DNA of 64,000 nucleotides from Octopus sinensis (lineage: Eukaryota): assembly GCF_006345805.1 (NCBI RefSeq), contig NW_021836179.1, positions 62,001 through 126,000 on the forward strand, in the 5' to 3' direction. The first letter of the stretch is position 1. Each line of letters begins with the position of its first letter. Below, in pieces: positions 38,681 through 52,831 of the stretch. Position numbers and translations under genes: made by a program. The notes under the pieces were generated by a model. That model had not been told where the DNA came from. It worked only from the letters and a program-made list of their open reading frames with translations, and did not search any database.

Positions 38681-38755
38681 CAGTGGTGGACTGGCCGGGT
38701 TGCCCAATAGCAAGTGGGCCCCTGCATAATTAGAATCCATATATGGGGACCCATG
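38681..38755. mobile_element. Possible CAGTGG-type MITE end
   Basis: cagtggtggactggccggg...gggcccc resembles GC-rich hAT-like MITE termini; no partner end found. Confidence 0.3.
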
Positions 38756-38888
38756 TTAGTATCCCCTCAAGTTTGAGAATTTTTTATTCACTCCTGAAAG
38801 CATGATTTCAGCCAGGCTGTGTTTGTAGACAGTTGAAAGGAATACTTTTAACAAAGGAAAACAAAAAGGAAAAATTAATGGTAGGCAC

Positions 38889-39422
38889 AGGAGTGGCTGT
38901 GTGGTAAATAGCTTGCTTACCAAACACATGTTTCCCTGGCACCTTGGGCAAGTGCCTTCTGCTATAGCCCCGAGCCGACCAATGCCTTGTGAGTGGATTT
39001 GGTAGACGGAAACTGAAAGAAGCCCATCGTATATATATATATAGGTGCAAGCGTGGCTGTGTGGTAAGTAGCTTGCTAACCAACCACATGTTTCCAGGTT
39101 CAGTCCCATTACGTGGCACCTTGGGCAAGTGCCTTCTGCTATAGCCCTGGGCTGACCAATGCCTTGTGAGTGGATTAGGTAGACGGAAACTGAAAGAAGC
39201 CTGTCGTATATATGTATACGTATGTGTGTCTGTGTTTGTCTCCCTAGCATTGCTTGACAACTGATGCTGGTGTGTTTACGTCCCCGTCACGTAGCGGTTC
39301 AGTGGAAGAGACCGATATAATAAGTACTGGGCTTACGAAGAATAAGTCCCGGGGTTGATTTGCTCGACTAAAGGCGGTGCTCCAGCATGGCCGCAGTCAA
39401 ATGACTGAAACAGGTAAAAGAG
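38889..39422 (+). mobile_element. Tandem SINEs: internally deleted copy (38889-39040) plus full copy (39051-39422)
   Basis: Two gtggctgtgtggtaa heads; homology to 57711. Confidence 0.8.
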
Positions 39423-39944
39423 TATACATGTAAACATGTACATCACACAATGCGTGTCGTTACCTACATTGGAGGATGAGTGAGGTTTGGTGGTACGGTT
39501 GCTAGTCCAGTCCCAAACATGCAACATGTAGACAGACTACATGTTGCCAGTAGCTCTCTCGTGACCTGGTTGTGTGTTGTAGGCATTCATTCGTACTGAA
39601 CATTTCAGGTGCTCTGGAACCACAGACTTGCATGGAAACCTAGAAATATTAGGAACTGCTAAGAGAGAGCAAAAGAACGTGACACACATTTTCCGGATTT
39701 GGTCTATTTTCGGATTAGTAGAAATTTCTGAGATATTCCCAAAATATTGCATTTGAACTTCTTTAAATGAATTTAACCCTTTAGTGTACAGATTATTCTG
39801 TCAAATGTGATGTTCCCTAATAGAACTATATTCATAAAAAGTATGGATCTATATTATCACCCTCAAATATAAGAATTAAACACTCATAACTTTTTTCATG
39901 GCCCAGCATTTTGTGTTGATGCAGTAAGTCGGGTAGATATTTCC

Positions 39945-40223
39945 TTGGATCCCAGAACATCCCGCTGTGCTTGAGGAGACCTGTTGAGTCAAGTACATGA
40001 ACATCGAAATAAATATCAATGGAAATAGTAGTTGTGATACCTGTGCCGGTGGCACATAAAAAGCACCATCCGAACGTGGCCGATGCCAGCGCCGCCTCGA
40101 CTGGCTTCCGTGCCGGTGGCACATAAAAAGAGTCATCCGAACGTGGCCGATGCCAGCGCCGCCTCGACTGGCTTCCGTGCCGGTGGCACATAAAAAGCAC
40201 CATCCGAACGTGGCCAATGCCAG
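39945..40223 (+). mobile_element. RTE 3'-region fragment with VNTR
   Basis: ggatcccagaac.tcccgct.tgcttgaggagacctgttgagtcaag plus gcaccatccgaacgtggccg repeats, as at 15535-15940. Confidence 0.8.
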
Positions 40224-40224
40224 A

Positions 40225-40420
40225 TTCCCCTGGCATCTTCACTATCTCGTCTGGCAGTTTATTCCACGGATCCGCAACCCGGACGGAGAAAGCCCCTCTC
40301 CTTTGATTGCGATGAAATCATGGCAGACTGCAATGCAACGCACATTACTAAGCAAACAATGTGCTTCGATGCCAAGAAATTTCAAGCACTCCACAATCAG
40401 CTCTGAAGAAGATTACATTG
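40225..40420 (-). mobile_element. CR1/L2-type LINE C-terminal fragment
   Basis: Minus strand reads RRGAFSVRVADPWNKLPDEIVKMP, like the FSxRVxxxWNxLPxxVV end motif of CR1-group ORF2. Confidence 0.65.
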
Positions 40421-41730
40421 AGAAGAGAGAAAAGGGAATACATGTCCCTGAGGAGAACATCATCATCATCGTTTAACGTCTGTTCTCCATGCTAGCTAAT
40501 TCGCCTGGATAGCTACAAAGTGTCAATCTAAGAGAGGACTATGAGGAAATCCCATGACAATATACCAAGGTGTGCTCAGAGCAAAGGATGAGCGAAATGG
40601 CAATGATAAAAGATATGGATGTGTGTGTATGTGTTTGAATGTATTCCAAATGTATTCATGTATGTCTGAATGTAGGCACAATTTAGGAAGGTCTACCCCT
40701 ATAATAGGTAATGAAAGATATACAAACAGCTCAACTGAACGCCACTGCATCGTACCAAACACCTTGTACTTTCCATCTTGGGTAAGAATCCAATACTGCA
40801 ACGGTTTAGGGTTTCCAGGGCCCACAGCTTTTCAATATCTCGACACAAAACCAGAAAGATTTATTAAGCGTAGGGTTGGATGTGCTCTAACGATGTATTC
40901 AACTTTTTATCTGAGATACTAAACGAACCCACAGCCTAGAGAAACACAAAGAAGAGCAGCTTTGTTCATCTAATTGCTTCATCAGAAGCAAATTGACACA
41001 GAGGAATAAGAAGCAAGCTGAAATAAACAAGCAAACAAAGATCAAAGCCCAGCATCAACAAAGACCTTGGATGCAATTAATAAACGAGAAGCAATCAAAC
41101 ATACATATTTAGGTACATATAAAAACCAAGTCAGCAAGTTTCAGTGTTGAAGACATATTTATTTAACCACGTCACCTCCACACGATTTCACAATCTTCTT
41201 CATGGAGGATATATTTTCAGTATGCAAGAAATTGTGTCTTCCTAAAAACCCAGTTACTCTAAAAGATGTTCACCTGGATTTCTCCACCATCTGCTCTCAT
41301 GATGCTGCACTGCCTCACACGTTTCTCCTCTTTTAGATTTCAGCTTTAATATCAATGGGCCTCTCGTGTCTGCTACATTCTGCTACACACACAACTATAT
41401 TTATCTGCACATCACTGTTTCCACTCCTCACAATTGTCTAATCTAGTGCTTCCTAAAGTGGCAATATTTATGGTTATACAAATTATTTTCTACACACAAT
41501 TCTAACGAATACCTGTGCCCAGCAAAACTATGCGTATCCCAGGTAAGTGCTTACAAAAAGGGTTGGCATCATTAACAATACCTCAAAAAGGAACCCTGAT
41601 GATTATAAATATTACCAAAGGTTCATCAGTTTCTGACAATGCCCACAAGGAGAAAGGGTTTTAAAATGTCTGTTGCTGTGTGCTGCAAAGACATTTCATA
41701 AATAATACAGAAATCACAGCAAAAAGGCCT

Positions 41731-43011
41731 CTATCCTGTATGAACACGTTTGTGAGATTTTAAATTATCATTTCGAGAAAATGATTTACCACAGACATCA
41801 CATTGAAATGGTTTCTCTCCTGTATGAATACGCTTGTGAGAAGTTAAAGTATCATTTTGAGAAAATGATTTACCACAGACATCACATTGAAATGGTTTCT
41901 CTCCTGTATGAATACGCTTGTGAGAAGTTAAAGTATCATTTTGAGAAAATGATTTACCACAGATATCACATTGAAATGGTTTCTCTCCAGTGTGAATACG
42001 TCTGTGTCTAGTTAAATGACTGTTTGTAGGAAATGATTTACCACAGATATCACAGTGATACGGCTTTTCTCCTGTATGACTTCGTTTGTGTCCAATTAAA
42101 ATACTGTTTACAGAGAAAGATTTACCACAGATATCACAGTGAAATGGTTTCTCTCCTGTGTGAATACGTCCATGTTGAGTTAAATGACTGTTTGTAGGAA
42201 ATGATTTACCACAGATATCACACGGAAATGGCTTATCTCCTGTATGAACACGTTTGTGACTAATTAAGGCACTTCTATCAGAGAATGATTTCCCACAGAC
42301 ATCACACTCATATGGTTTCTCACCTGTATGAAGACGTATGTGTCTAGTTAAACTGTTCTTTTCAGAGAATGATTTACCACAGATATCACAGTGATACGGC
42401 TTTTCTCCTGTATGACTTCGTTTGTGTCCAATTAAAATACTGTTTACAGAGAAAGATTTACCACAGATATCACAGTGAAATGGTTTCTCTCCTGTGTGAA
42501 CGCTTTTGTGATTAGTTAAGCCACTGCTTTGAGTGAAGGATTTACCACAAATATCACAGCGAAATGGCTTCTCTCCTGTATGAACACGTTTGTTTACAAT
42601 TAAGGCACTTCTGTGAGAGAATGATTTACCACAAATATCACAGCGAAATGGCTTCTCTCCTGTATGAATACGTTTGTGATTAGTTAAGCCCTTGTTTTGA
42701 GCGAAGGATTTACCACAAATATCACAGCGAAATGGTTTCTCTCCTGTATGAACACGTTTGTGAATAGTTAAGTCACTGCTTTGTATGAATGATTTACCAC
42801 AGATATCACAGTGATACGGCTTCTCTCCCATATGAAGACGCTTGTGAGTAGTTAACACACTATTTTGAGAGAATGATTTACCACAGACATCACACTGAAA
42901 CGGTTTTTCTCCTGTGTGAGTACGCTTGTGACTATCTAAGAAATCACTTCTAGTGGTTGATTTACCACAGATATCACAACGATACAATGATTTTTGCATA
43001 TTTGTCAGCAT
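41731..43011 (-). CDS. C2H2 zinc-finger protein, 426 aa, 15 fingers (finger 5 His->Asn)
   Basis: ORF translation. Confidence 0.92.
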   Translation of the reverse strand: MLTNMQKSLYRCDICGKSTTRSDFLDSHKRTHTGEKPFQCDVCGKSFSQNSVLTTHKRLHMGEKPYHCDICGKSFIQSSDLTIHKRVHTGEKPFRCDICGKSFAQNKGLTNHKRIHTGEKPFRCDICGKSFSHRSALIVNKRVHTGEKPFRCDICGKSFTQSSGLTNHKSVHTGEKPFHCDICGKSFSVNSILIGHKRSHTGEKPYHCDICGKSFSEKNSLTRHIRLHTGEKPYECDVCGKSFSDRSALISHKRVHTGDKPFPCDICGKSFPTNSHLTQHGRIHTGEKPFHCDICGKSFSVNSILIGHKRSHTGEKPYHCDICGKSFPTNSHLTRHRRIHTGEKPFQCDICGKSFSQNDTLTSHKRIHTGEKPFQCDVCGKSFSQNDTLTSHKRIHTGEKPFQCDVCGKSFSRNDNLKSHKRVHTG

Positions 43012-43872
43012 TTCTCTGAGGAATCAAAATAGACCCAATCCTTGGTCTTTCTCACCACATTAAACTTTTACTCCTATCTTTATCCTTCTTTTTATAGTTT
43101 ATTCCTTACAAATGTTTCCACTGCAAACTTCACTGATATCGAAAGATGCTATAAATTAAGAAAGTCATCAAAGAGTAACGAGAATGCAAAGCATCAGCTA
43201 ATGAAATAGAAAAATGTTGCTATTAATCTCAGTTCTGAGCAAACATTTCATAGAATTTCTACCAAAGATTTATAGAAATAGGCTTAGATGCGTTCTGTGT
43301 AAACTTTTCCTCAAGACTTTAAAAGATGAAAAATGTTGAAGATGTATTCATTATAAAAGAAAATTTCTTTGATGCCATTGTCATCCGTAAATCTGAAATA
43401 ATAAAGAAACAGAATTAGATAGAGAGGAAAGATCAAAAGAGAAATGTTACAATATTTCTTTATTAATTAACAAATGACATCAAATAACATTGGGTGAAAT
43501 GTAAAAATTTGTAAACTACAACTACTCTTTAACATTGTGTAACATTACTCATGCATGCACATATATACATATCTATATCCATCTATATACACATATATAT
43601 ATATATATATATATATGATGAGTTCAGGTTAGGCAGCGAATAATATTTTGATTTTTGGGGGCTTCATTTTTGAGAACTCCCTGAAAAGATGTGGTTAGGG
43701 TCACAGAACAATGATATAAACAGTTTTGCAATTTCAATTTTGGTAACTCCCCAAACCGAAAGGATCCCGCATTTCTGTAGTTATGCCCTAAATTTACTGA
43801 CAAAATATACATTATTAAACGATTAAAGGACTCAAAAGAAAATTACACAAATCGGGTGTCAAAAGGGGAAAT

Positions 43873-44303
43873 GGCGATCTTTCGTCTCTAGTAGACCTTT
43901 CCGTCGATTTCCGTAAAAAACTTCTTTTTTTTTTACATATGGGCTTGCGGGAACTTTTGAAGTAATGAGAGCGAAAGAGACTAAGAGAAAGCGATTGTAT
44001 GACGAGGGAAGTTCTTTTGAAGTTACCGTGCATGGCCAGCTTTGATGTATATGTGTGTTTAATGAAGCACTTCACTTACACAACATACTGTCTGTCTCCC
44101 ACACCCCATCAAACACACACACACACACATGTACATCAATACTTCACCAGGACGGTAACTTCAAAAGAACTTCCCTCGTCATAAAATCGCTTTCTCTTAG
44201 TCTCTTTCGCTCTCATTACTTCAAAAGTTCCCGCAAGCCCATATGTAAAAACAAAGAAGTTTTTTACGGAAATCGACGGAAAGGTCTACTAGAGACGAAA
44301 GAT
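43873..44303. mobile_element. GGCGATCT MITE with ~160-bp inverted arms
   Basis: 43873-44030 is inverted at ~44150-44303; one junction is shared with U1; absent from U2, U3, U4 and U6. Confidence 0.75.
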
Positions 44304-45848
44304 TAACGGGGAGGCGATAATATCGTTTACCAAAAGGAAAGCCGTTGTGAGGGAGGTCTTCCTGCTTGTCTTCAGGAATACTTAAAAAGCTGACAAATGT
44401 CTGTAGATATAGACTAACCTCCTATGGTTCAGTTTCTTGTCTTAGATATCACACACCTCCGTTAACAAGTGTACAACAAATGCTATGTAGATATATTTTT
44501 TCACTTACCATTAGAATACTTGTTGATCTGACCAGGATCCTTTCTTGAAATCCAGTTTGTTTTTCCCACCATGGATAGTAGAAATGCGCACAATATTTGC
44601 TACAAAGGGGCATACAAACAATTCGTGCTTTCGGTCTAAGGTCCAAATGAAATATGAAGAAGGGCGAGCAAAGTTCCTCGATTCAAAGCTTTTTGCCCCC
44701 TTTCCTGTAAAATAGGGATCAACCAACTAAAGCTGTGATCAAGAGAAATATTAAATCACAAATCATGTAAGTCGCTTCGTGTTATTCATAGAGATCAACG
44801 TTCACCTGAACACGAGGTATTACTACATCTGATATAATTAGATTCGTCTTAATTAGAAGCACGTGTAGAAACTGTTGATAATTATTCCCGCGGTTGAACG
44901 ACACCGGTGACATATATTAAAAGTCCCCAATATAACACGAAGAGACGTTAAAATTATATTAATTCACACCTTTAATTGCATCTCAGCCAAGGTAAATGAT
45001 AAAAACCTCATCCAGCTAAATAGTAATTACGTCTCAACAAGAGTGTCTGCGCATGGTCACTGAACCTGCTAAAAATAGCAGCCAAATATTTCTGACATCA
45101 TTACATTTTAGCATTAGAATGCATATAATCGTATGTTTGTTCATTAAACGGACATATGATTAGAAACACAGCAGGTGCTGTTCCCTACCCTTTATCAGGG
45201 GTCGACAAAATTTTTCCACCATCGACCCTCAACTATAGCGAAGATCGAAACGGAGCCCTTCCCGGTTTTCAAATTCCTTTTTGTTTTTCTTTTCTCCGGA
45301 ATCCCATGTTTTTAGGCCATGGAAATTTCGATTCTGGAAAAGATTTTTTCAACAATCCCAACATTAAAATTTCAGTCCCATATCCTTTTCCTTCGTTTTT
45401 TTTACTTTATCCTGAAATAAAGGGGGAAGGGTTCCGTTTACGGCGTGGGGAAAGACAATGGACCGCACCCTCTTTCCGATGTTAATTGGGTTTTGTTTTT
45501 ACAGGAACCCACGATATCGAGTGCGGAGATTCCAAACCTGCAAAAACAATCTGCATTAAAAAATTTTTAATCTCCAAACGCAATTTCTTAAATTTTCTAC
45601 TAAAAACAAAATTTTTCCGGTGAAATTTGTAGAAAAATAAGGAGATTATGATTCTGATAAAAAAAAACAAAGAAACCGTAAATTCTAATTTTTCAAAATA
45701 TACAAAACAAAAACAAAAACCCAAAAAAACTGAAAATTTTAATTCTTCAAAATATACAAAATAAAAACAAAAACTCCACCTCCTCCCCTGACCCATAACA
45801 AGATATGAAATGAAAGTGTTTTCTTCTATTAATGTTTCCTGCGTGCAT

Positions 45849-48187
45849 CATCATCATCACCATCATCACCATCGTTGGACGGTTCGACCGGGGTCTGGGA
45901 AGCTAGGGGCTGCACCCGGCTCCATTCTGATCTGGCACAGTTTCTACAGCTGGATGCCCTTCCTAATGCCAACCACTCCGCAAGTGTAGTGGGTGCTTTT
46001 TACATGTCACCTGCACAGGTGCCTGGGTGGGGGGGGTCCGGCATTGGCCACGATCGGTTGGATCATTTAACGTGCCACCGACACGGAAGCCAGCCAAGGC
46101 GGCGCTGGCAACAGCCACATTTGGATGGTGCTTTTTATGTGCCACCGGCACAGAAGCCATTCGAGGCGGTGCTGGCTACGGCCACGTTTGGATGATGCTT
46201 TTTATGTGCCACCGGCACAGAAACCACTCGAGGCGGTGCTGGCTACGGCCACGTTTTGATGGTGCTTTTAATGTGCCACCTGCACAGGTATCACAACTAC
46301 TATTTCCATTGATAATTATCTCAATGTTCATGTGCTTGACTCAACAGGTCTCCTCAAGCATAGCCGGACATTCTGGGATCCAGGGTACTTTCAATGAGCA
46401 GGGGCTATGCGGAACAGGCGCAGGAAGCAGCCCGGGTCTTTCCAGTCACAGCATATCTCCAGAGGTCTCCGTCCTTCCCCATTGCCTCAGTGAGGCCCAG
46501 CGCTCTGAGGTCATGCTTGACTACCTCATCCCATGTCTTCCTGGGTCTACCTCTCCCCCTGATACCTTCAACTGTTTGGGAGTGGCACTTCTTCACACAT
46601 CTCTCCTCATCCATCTGCAGCACATGACCATACCATCGCAAGCGTCGCTCTTGCACACCACATCTGATGCTTCTTATGTCCAGTATTTCTCTCAGGGTGC
46701 TTACACTCTGTTGTGCATGCACACTGACATTACACATCCAGCAGATCATGCTAGCTTCATTTCTTTCAAGTCTACGCATATCCCCTGCAGTCACAGCCCA
46801 TGTTTCACTACCGTGAAGCATGGCAGTTCGCACACATGCATCATGCAATCTACCTTTCGCTCTGAGTGAGAGACCCTTTGTCGCCAGTAGGGGTAGGGGC
46901 TTTCTGAACTTTGCCCAGGCTATTCGTATTCTAGTGGTGATACTCTCTGAGCATCCACCTCCACTACTAACTTGGTCACCCAGGTAGGGAAAACTATCAA
47001 CTACTTCTAGTTTCTCTCCCTGGAGTGTGATGGAATCTGTTTTCTGAGTGTCTGTGGTGTCTATTGTCCCTGTCCATCTGCCGCACTTGAAAGCTATCTT
47101 ATCAGTTAATTTCCCTTTGATGTTGCTGCATCTCTTATGCATCCATAGCTTACATCGGGTGCATCTTATGGAGTTTCTACTTACACCTTTCCTTCAGATC
47201 GAGCAGGGCCACCTGCCCGAGGGTGTGTGTGATGAGTTCGCCTTTTTGCTTACTATAACTTTGGTCTTTGCTGCATTTACTCTAAGGTCCTTTGATTCTA
47301 ACCCTTGCTTCCACACTCGAAATTTCTTTTCTAGTTCCGGTAGTGATTCTGCTATGAGGGCCAGGTCATCAGCTTAGAGGAGCTCCCAGGGGCATTCTGT
47401 TTTGAATTCCTCTGTTATTGCCTGGAGGACTATCATGAATAAAAGGGGACTGAGGGCTGATCCTTGGTGTACACCTACTTCTACCCGGAGTTCTTCACTA
47501 TATTCTTTGCCAATCCTAACCTTGCTGACAGCCTCTCTGTATAGAGCCTGTACAGCCCTTATTAGCCATTCGTCAATCTCCAGTTTCCGCATCGACCACC
47601 AGATAAGGGATCGAGGAACCCTGTCAAAGGCTTTCTCCAAGTCCACAAAAGCTATGTAGAGGGGTTTATCTTTAGCTAGGTACTTCTCCTGTAGTTGTCG
47701 GACCAGGAATATAGCATCAGTGGTGCTTCTACCTGGCACAAAACCGAACTGCATCTCATCTAAGCAAATTCTCTCCCTAATGAGAAGGGTTATGACCCTC
47801 TCTGTGACCTTCATCACCTGATCCAACAGTTTAATACCCCTGTAGTTATTTCTGTCAAGAGCATCACCTTTACCCTTATAGCAGTTGACTATGGTGCTGC
47901 TACGCCAGTCAATGGGTATGACTCCATTCAGAACTACCTGGTTTACAATGCGGGTGACTAGGCCATAGCCCACATAGCCAGCTGTTTTAAGCATCTCAGC
48001 AGTGATTCCGGATGGGCCGGGGGCTTTACCTGGTTTCATATCCTTAATTGCCTTAACTACAAGGGAGCTGGTCCCTCTACTGGGTCAACATTTGGCAGGC
48101 TCTCCTCCTCCCATTCATTCTCCTCATTCAGCACTCTTTCATAATCGCTTCTCCAAGCCTCTTTCTTTGTTTTTCACCAACAGTAAA
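45849..48187 (-). mobile_element. RTE-clade LINE, third copy of the same insertion
   Basis: Same truncation point; TSD atgcat at 48188-48193 and gtgcat at 45843-45848; the Y codon of YADD is TAA. Confidence 0.92.
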
Positions 48188-48974
48188 ATGCATAAAATTA
48201 TAAAAAAGAAGCTGCCCAAAGTGAGAGTCGGGTGGGGTTCAGGTGGTGATGCAGGCTGTGATGGGAATGGTGAGGAGAATAAGGGGAGCTGGATGAAGAG
48301 CCTGCTTTTCCCATTCAATCCCAAGATTAACAACCGCATGATTTTCACTAAGAGAAAAAAACAAAACTTGGATTTTTGGGGTGGAATCATGTACCCTGAC
48401 CTAATAAGATGCTTCACGTCCCTTATATTGGTTTGGAAAACAAGAGGGTAGGGACACCCCTTCCCATTTCGGAATCATTGGATATTTTTGGGGTTTTTTT
48501 TTCTTGAATGAATTCCTGTGACCTACAAAACTACAAAACTCTTTTTGGGGTCGGGTGAGGTGGAAGCCTCAGAAAATTCACCCCACCCTCACTGATCTTT
48601 TCACCGGCATGAAAAAAGTGGGGAACGCCCCCAATTTTTTGGTAACCACAATAAGGGATTTGCAGCATATTAGGAGGTCAGGGTACTTGATTCCACGCAA
48701 AAAAATCCAATTTTTTTTCCTTACTGAAAACTTTGTGGATAAAAAGATCAATGGTGGTGGGGGTGAACATTCCAAGGCTTCCAGCTCCCTCCCTCCCGTT
48801 TTTCCGACCCCAAAAAAAGGTTTTGTAGCATATTAGGTCAGAGGAATTCATTCAATGAAAAAAATAAGTTTCCAACGATACTAAGATGGGGTTGTCCTCC
48901 AAAATAAGGGATTTGCAGCATATTAGGAGGTATTTCTTTTATCACAGCAGCTGGTTGCACGCCACAAGGTTTGA

Positions 48975-49430
48975 TAGAACCTACTGAAGCAATCCAGCAT
49001 CCTCACAGTATTACTACAGGTGACAGCGAGGCTAAGGTGTTAAGAAAAACCATGCACCCACACGGGCATCACCTGCCAGTGTTGACAAGAACTTCATGGA
49101 TAATGGCCTAGTCCCTCTGAATGTCTCAAACACCACAAGGTGGAAGAGATAGTTCACTGTCAGGTCCCGATACCTCAGGGTTTTCTTCCATTCGGCTACG
49201 GAAGCAGTGACCCTGCCATTAACTGCAGCATCCAGGATGTGAGAAGGAGCAAAGGAGTAGCAGAGTGTGGCATCCCAAATGAGGCACCTTACCTCTAACC
49301 CAGGCACAGATGACAAGACCATCTCGTCTATTTCTACCACTTGTGAGGAACATTTTCAGGATGAGGGGACAGGAGTTTTGGCTAATTCACACATCTTTAT
49401 TTCCTCATACGTTTTCACAAAGTCTGTGAA
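48975..49430 (-). mobile_element. CRE-clade RLE relic, U6 copy
   Basis: ORF-track 49032-49340 matches 6665-6973. Confidence 0.7.
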
Positions 49431-50714
49431 TTGCCCACCCCTACTCCAGGTAGTGTTTACCCCAAACAAATTCCTATATAATTGTAATCTACACAATTTG
49501 AAGCATTTAAAAAAAAAATTGTGTGGTAAGTAGCTTGCTTATCAATCACATGGTTCCCCGGTTCAGTTCCACTGCTTGGCAACTTTGGAAAGTTTCTTCT
49601 ACTATAGCCTCTGGCCAGCCGAAGCCATGTGAGTGGATTTGGATGACGGAAACTGTAAGAAGCCCGTTGTATATAGACATATACAGTTTTTAAGGTCTAC
49701 CCCTAAATTTGGTAATGAAACCTATAGTAACACCTGGACTGAACGCCACTACATCGTACCAAACACCTTGGACTTTCCATCTTGGGTAAGAATCCAATAC
49801 TGCAACGGTTTAGGGTTTCCAGGGCCCAAAGCTTTTCAATATCTCGACACAAAACCAGAAAGATTTATTAAGCGTAGGGTTGGATATGCTCTAACGATGT
49901 ATTCAACTTTTTATCTGAGATACTAAACGAACCCACAGCCTAGAGAAACACAAAGAAGAGCAGCTTTGTTCATCTAATTGCTTCATCAGAAGCAAATTGA
50001 CACAGAGGAATAAGAAGCAAGCTGAAATAAACAAGCAAACAAAGATCAAAGCCCAGCATCAACAAACACCTTAGATGCAATTAATAAACGAGAAGCAATC
50101 AAACATACATATTTAGGTACATATAAAAACCAAGTCAGCAAGTTTCAGTGTTGAAGACATATTTATTTAACCACGTCACCTCCACACGATTTCACAATCT
50201 TCTTCATGGAGTATATATTTTCAGTATGCAAGAAATTGTGTCTTCCTAAAAACCCAGTTACTCTAAAAGATGTTCACCTGGATTTCTCCACCATCTGCTC
50301 TCATGATGCTGCACTGCCTCACACGTTTCTCCTCTTTTAGATTTCAGCTTTAATATCAATGGGCCTCTCGTGTCTGCTACATTCTGCTACACACACAACT
50401 ATATATATCTGCACATCACTGTTTCCACTCCTCACAATTGTCTAATCTAGTGCTTCCTAAAGTGGCAATATTTATGGTTATACAAATTATTTTCTACACA
50501 CAATTCTAACAAATACCTGTGCCCAGCAAAACTATGCGTATCCCAGGTAAGTGCTTACAAAAAGGGTTGGCATCATTAACAATACCTCAAAAAGGAACCC
50601 TGATGATTATGAATGTTACCAAGGGTTCATCAGTTACTGACAATACCCACAAGGAGAAAGGGTTTTAAAATGTCTGTTGCTGTGAGCTGCAAAGACATTT
50701 CATAAAAAATACAG

Positions 50715-52009
<1,295 letters not shown>

Positions 52010-52777
52010 TCAAAATAGACCCAATCCTTGGCCTTTCGCATCACATTAAAGTTTTACTCCTATCTTTATCCTTCTTTTTATAGTTTATTCCTTACAAATA
52101 TTTCCACTGCAAACTTCACTGATATCTAAAGATGCTATAAATTTGGAAAGTCATCAAAGAGTAACGAGAATGCAAAGCATCAGCTAATGAAATAGAAAAA
52201 TGTTGCTATTAATCTCAGATCAGAGCAAACATTTCATAGAATTTCTAACAAAGATTTATAGAAATAGGCTTAGATGCGTTCTGTGTAAACTTTTCCTCAA
52301 GACTTTAAAAGATGAAAAATGTTGAAGATGTATTCATTATAAAAGAAAATGTCTTTGATGCCAATGTCATCCGTAAATCTGAAATGATAAAGAAACAGAA
52401 TTAGATAGAGAGAAAAGATCAAAAGAGAAATGTTAAAATATTTCTTTATTAATTAACAAATGACATCATATAACATTGGGTGAAATGTAAGAATTTGTAA
52501 ACTACAACTACTCTTTAACATTGTGTAACATTACTCATGCACGCACATATATACATATCTCTATCTATCTACGTATATATATATTGTCAATAAAAATAAA
52601 AAAAGGGGGTAGAATTAATTAATTTCTAAAAAGCTCGGTGTGATATGCATTGTCTGGGAGACATTTTCTTGCAGTTGAAGAAATAGCCAAATTTTTGGCT
52701 GCTATTTCTAAAAAGCTCGGTGTGTGGTAAAGTAAATTATTTTACTTTACCCTATTTTCATAAATTTTTTATAAAAT

Positions 52778-52831
<54 letters not shown>

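Larger units (their letters stand above)
40688..48944 (-). repeat. Inverted ZNF cassette U5
   Basis: Reverse complement of the D / 3' flank / ZNF / C / B / RTE / A order. Confidence 0.9.
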
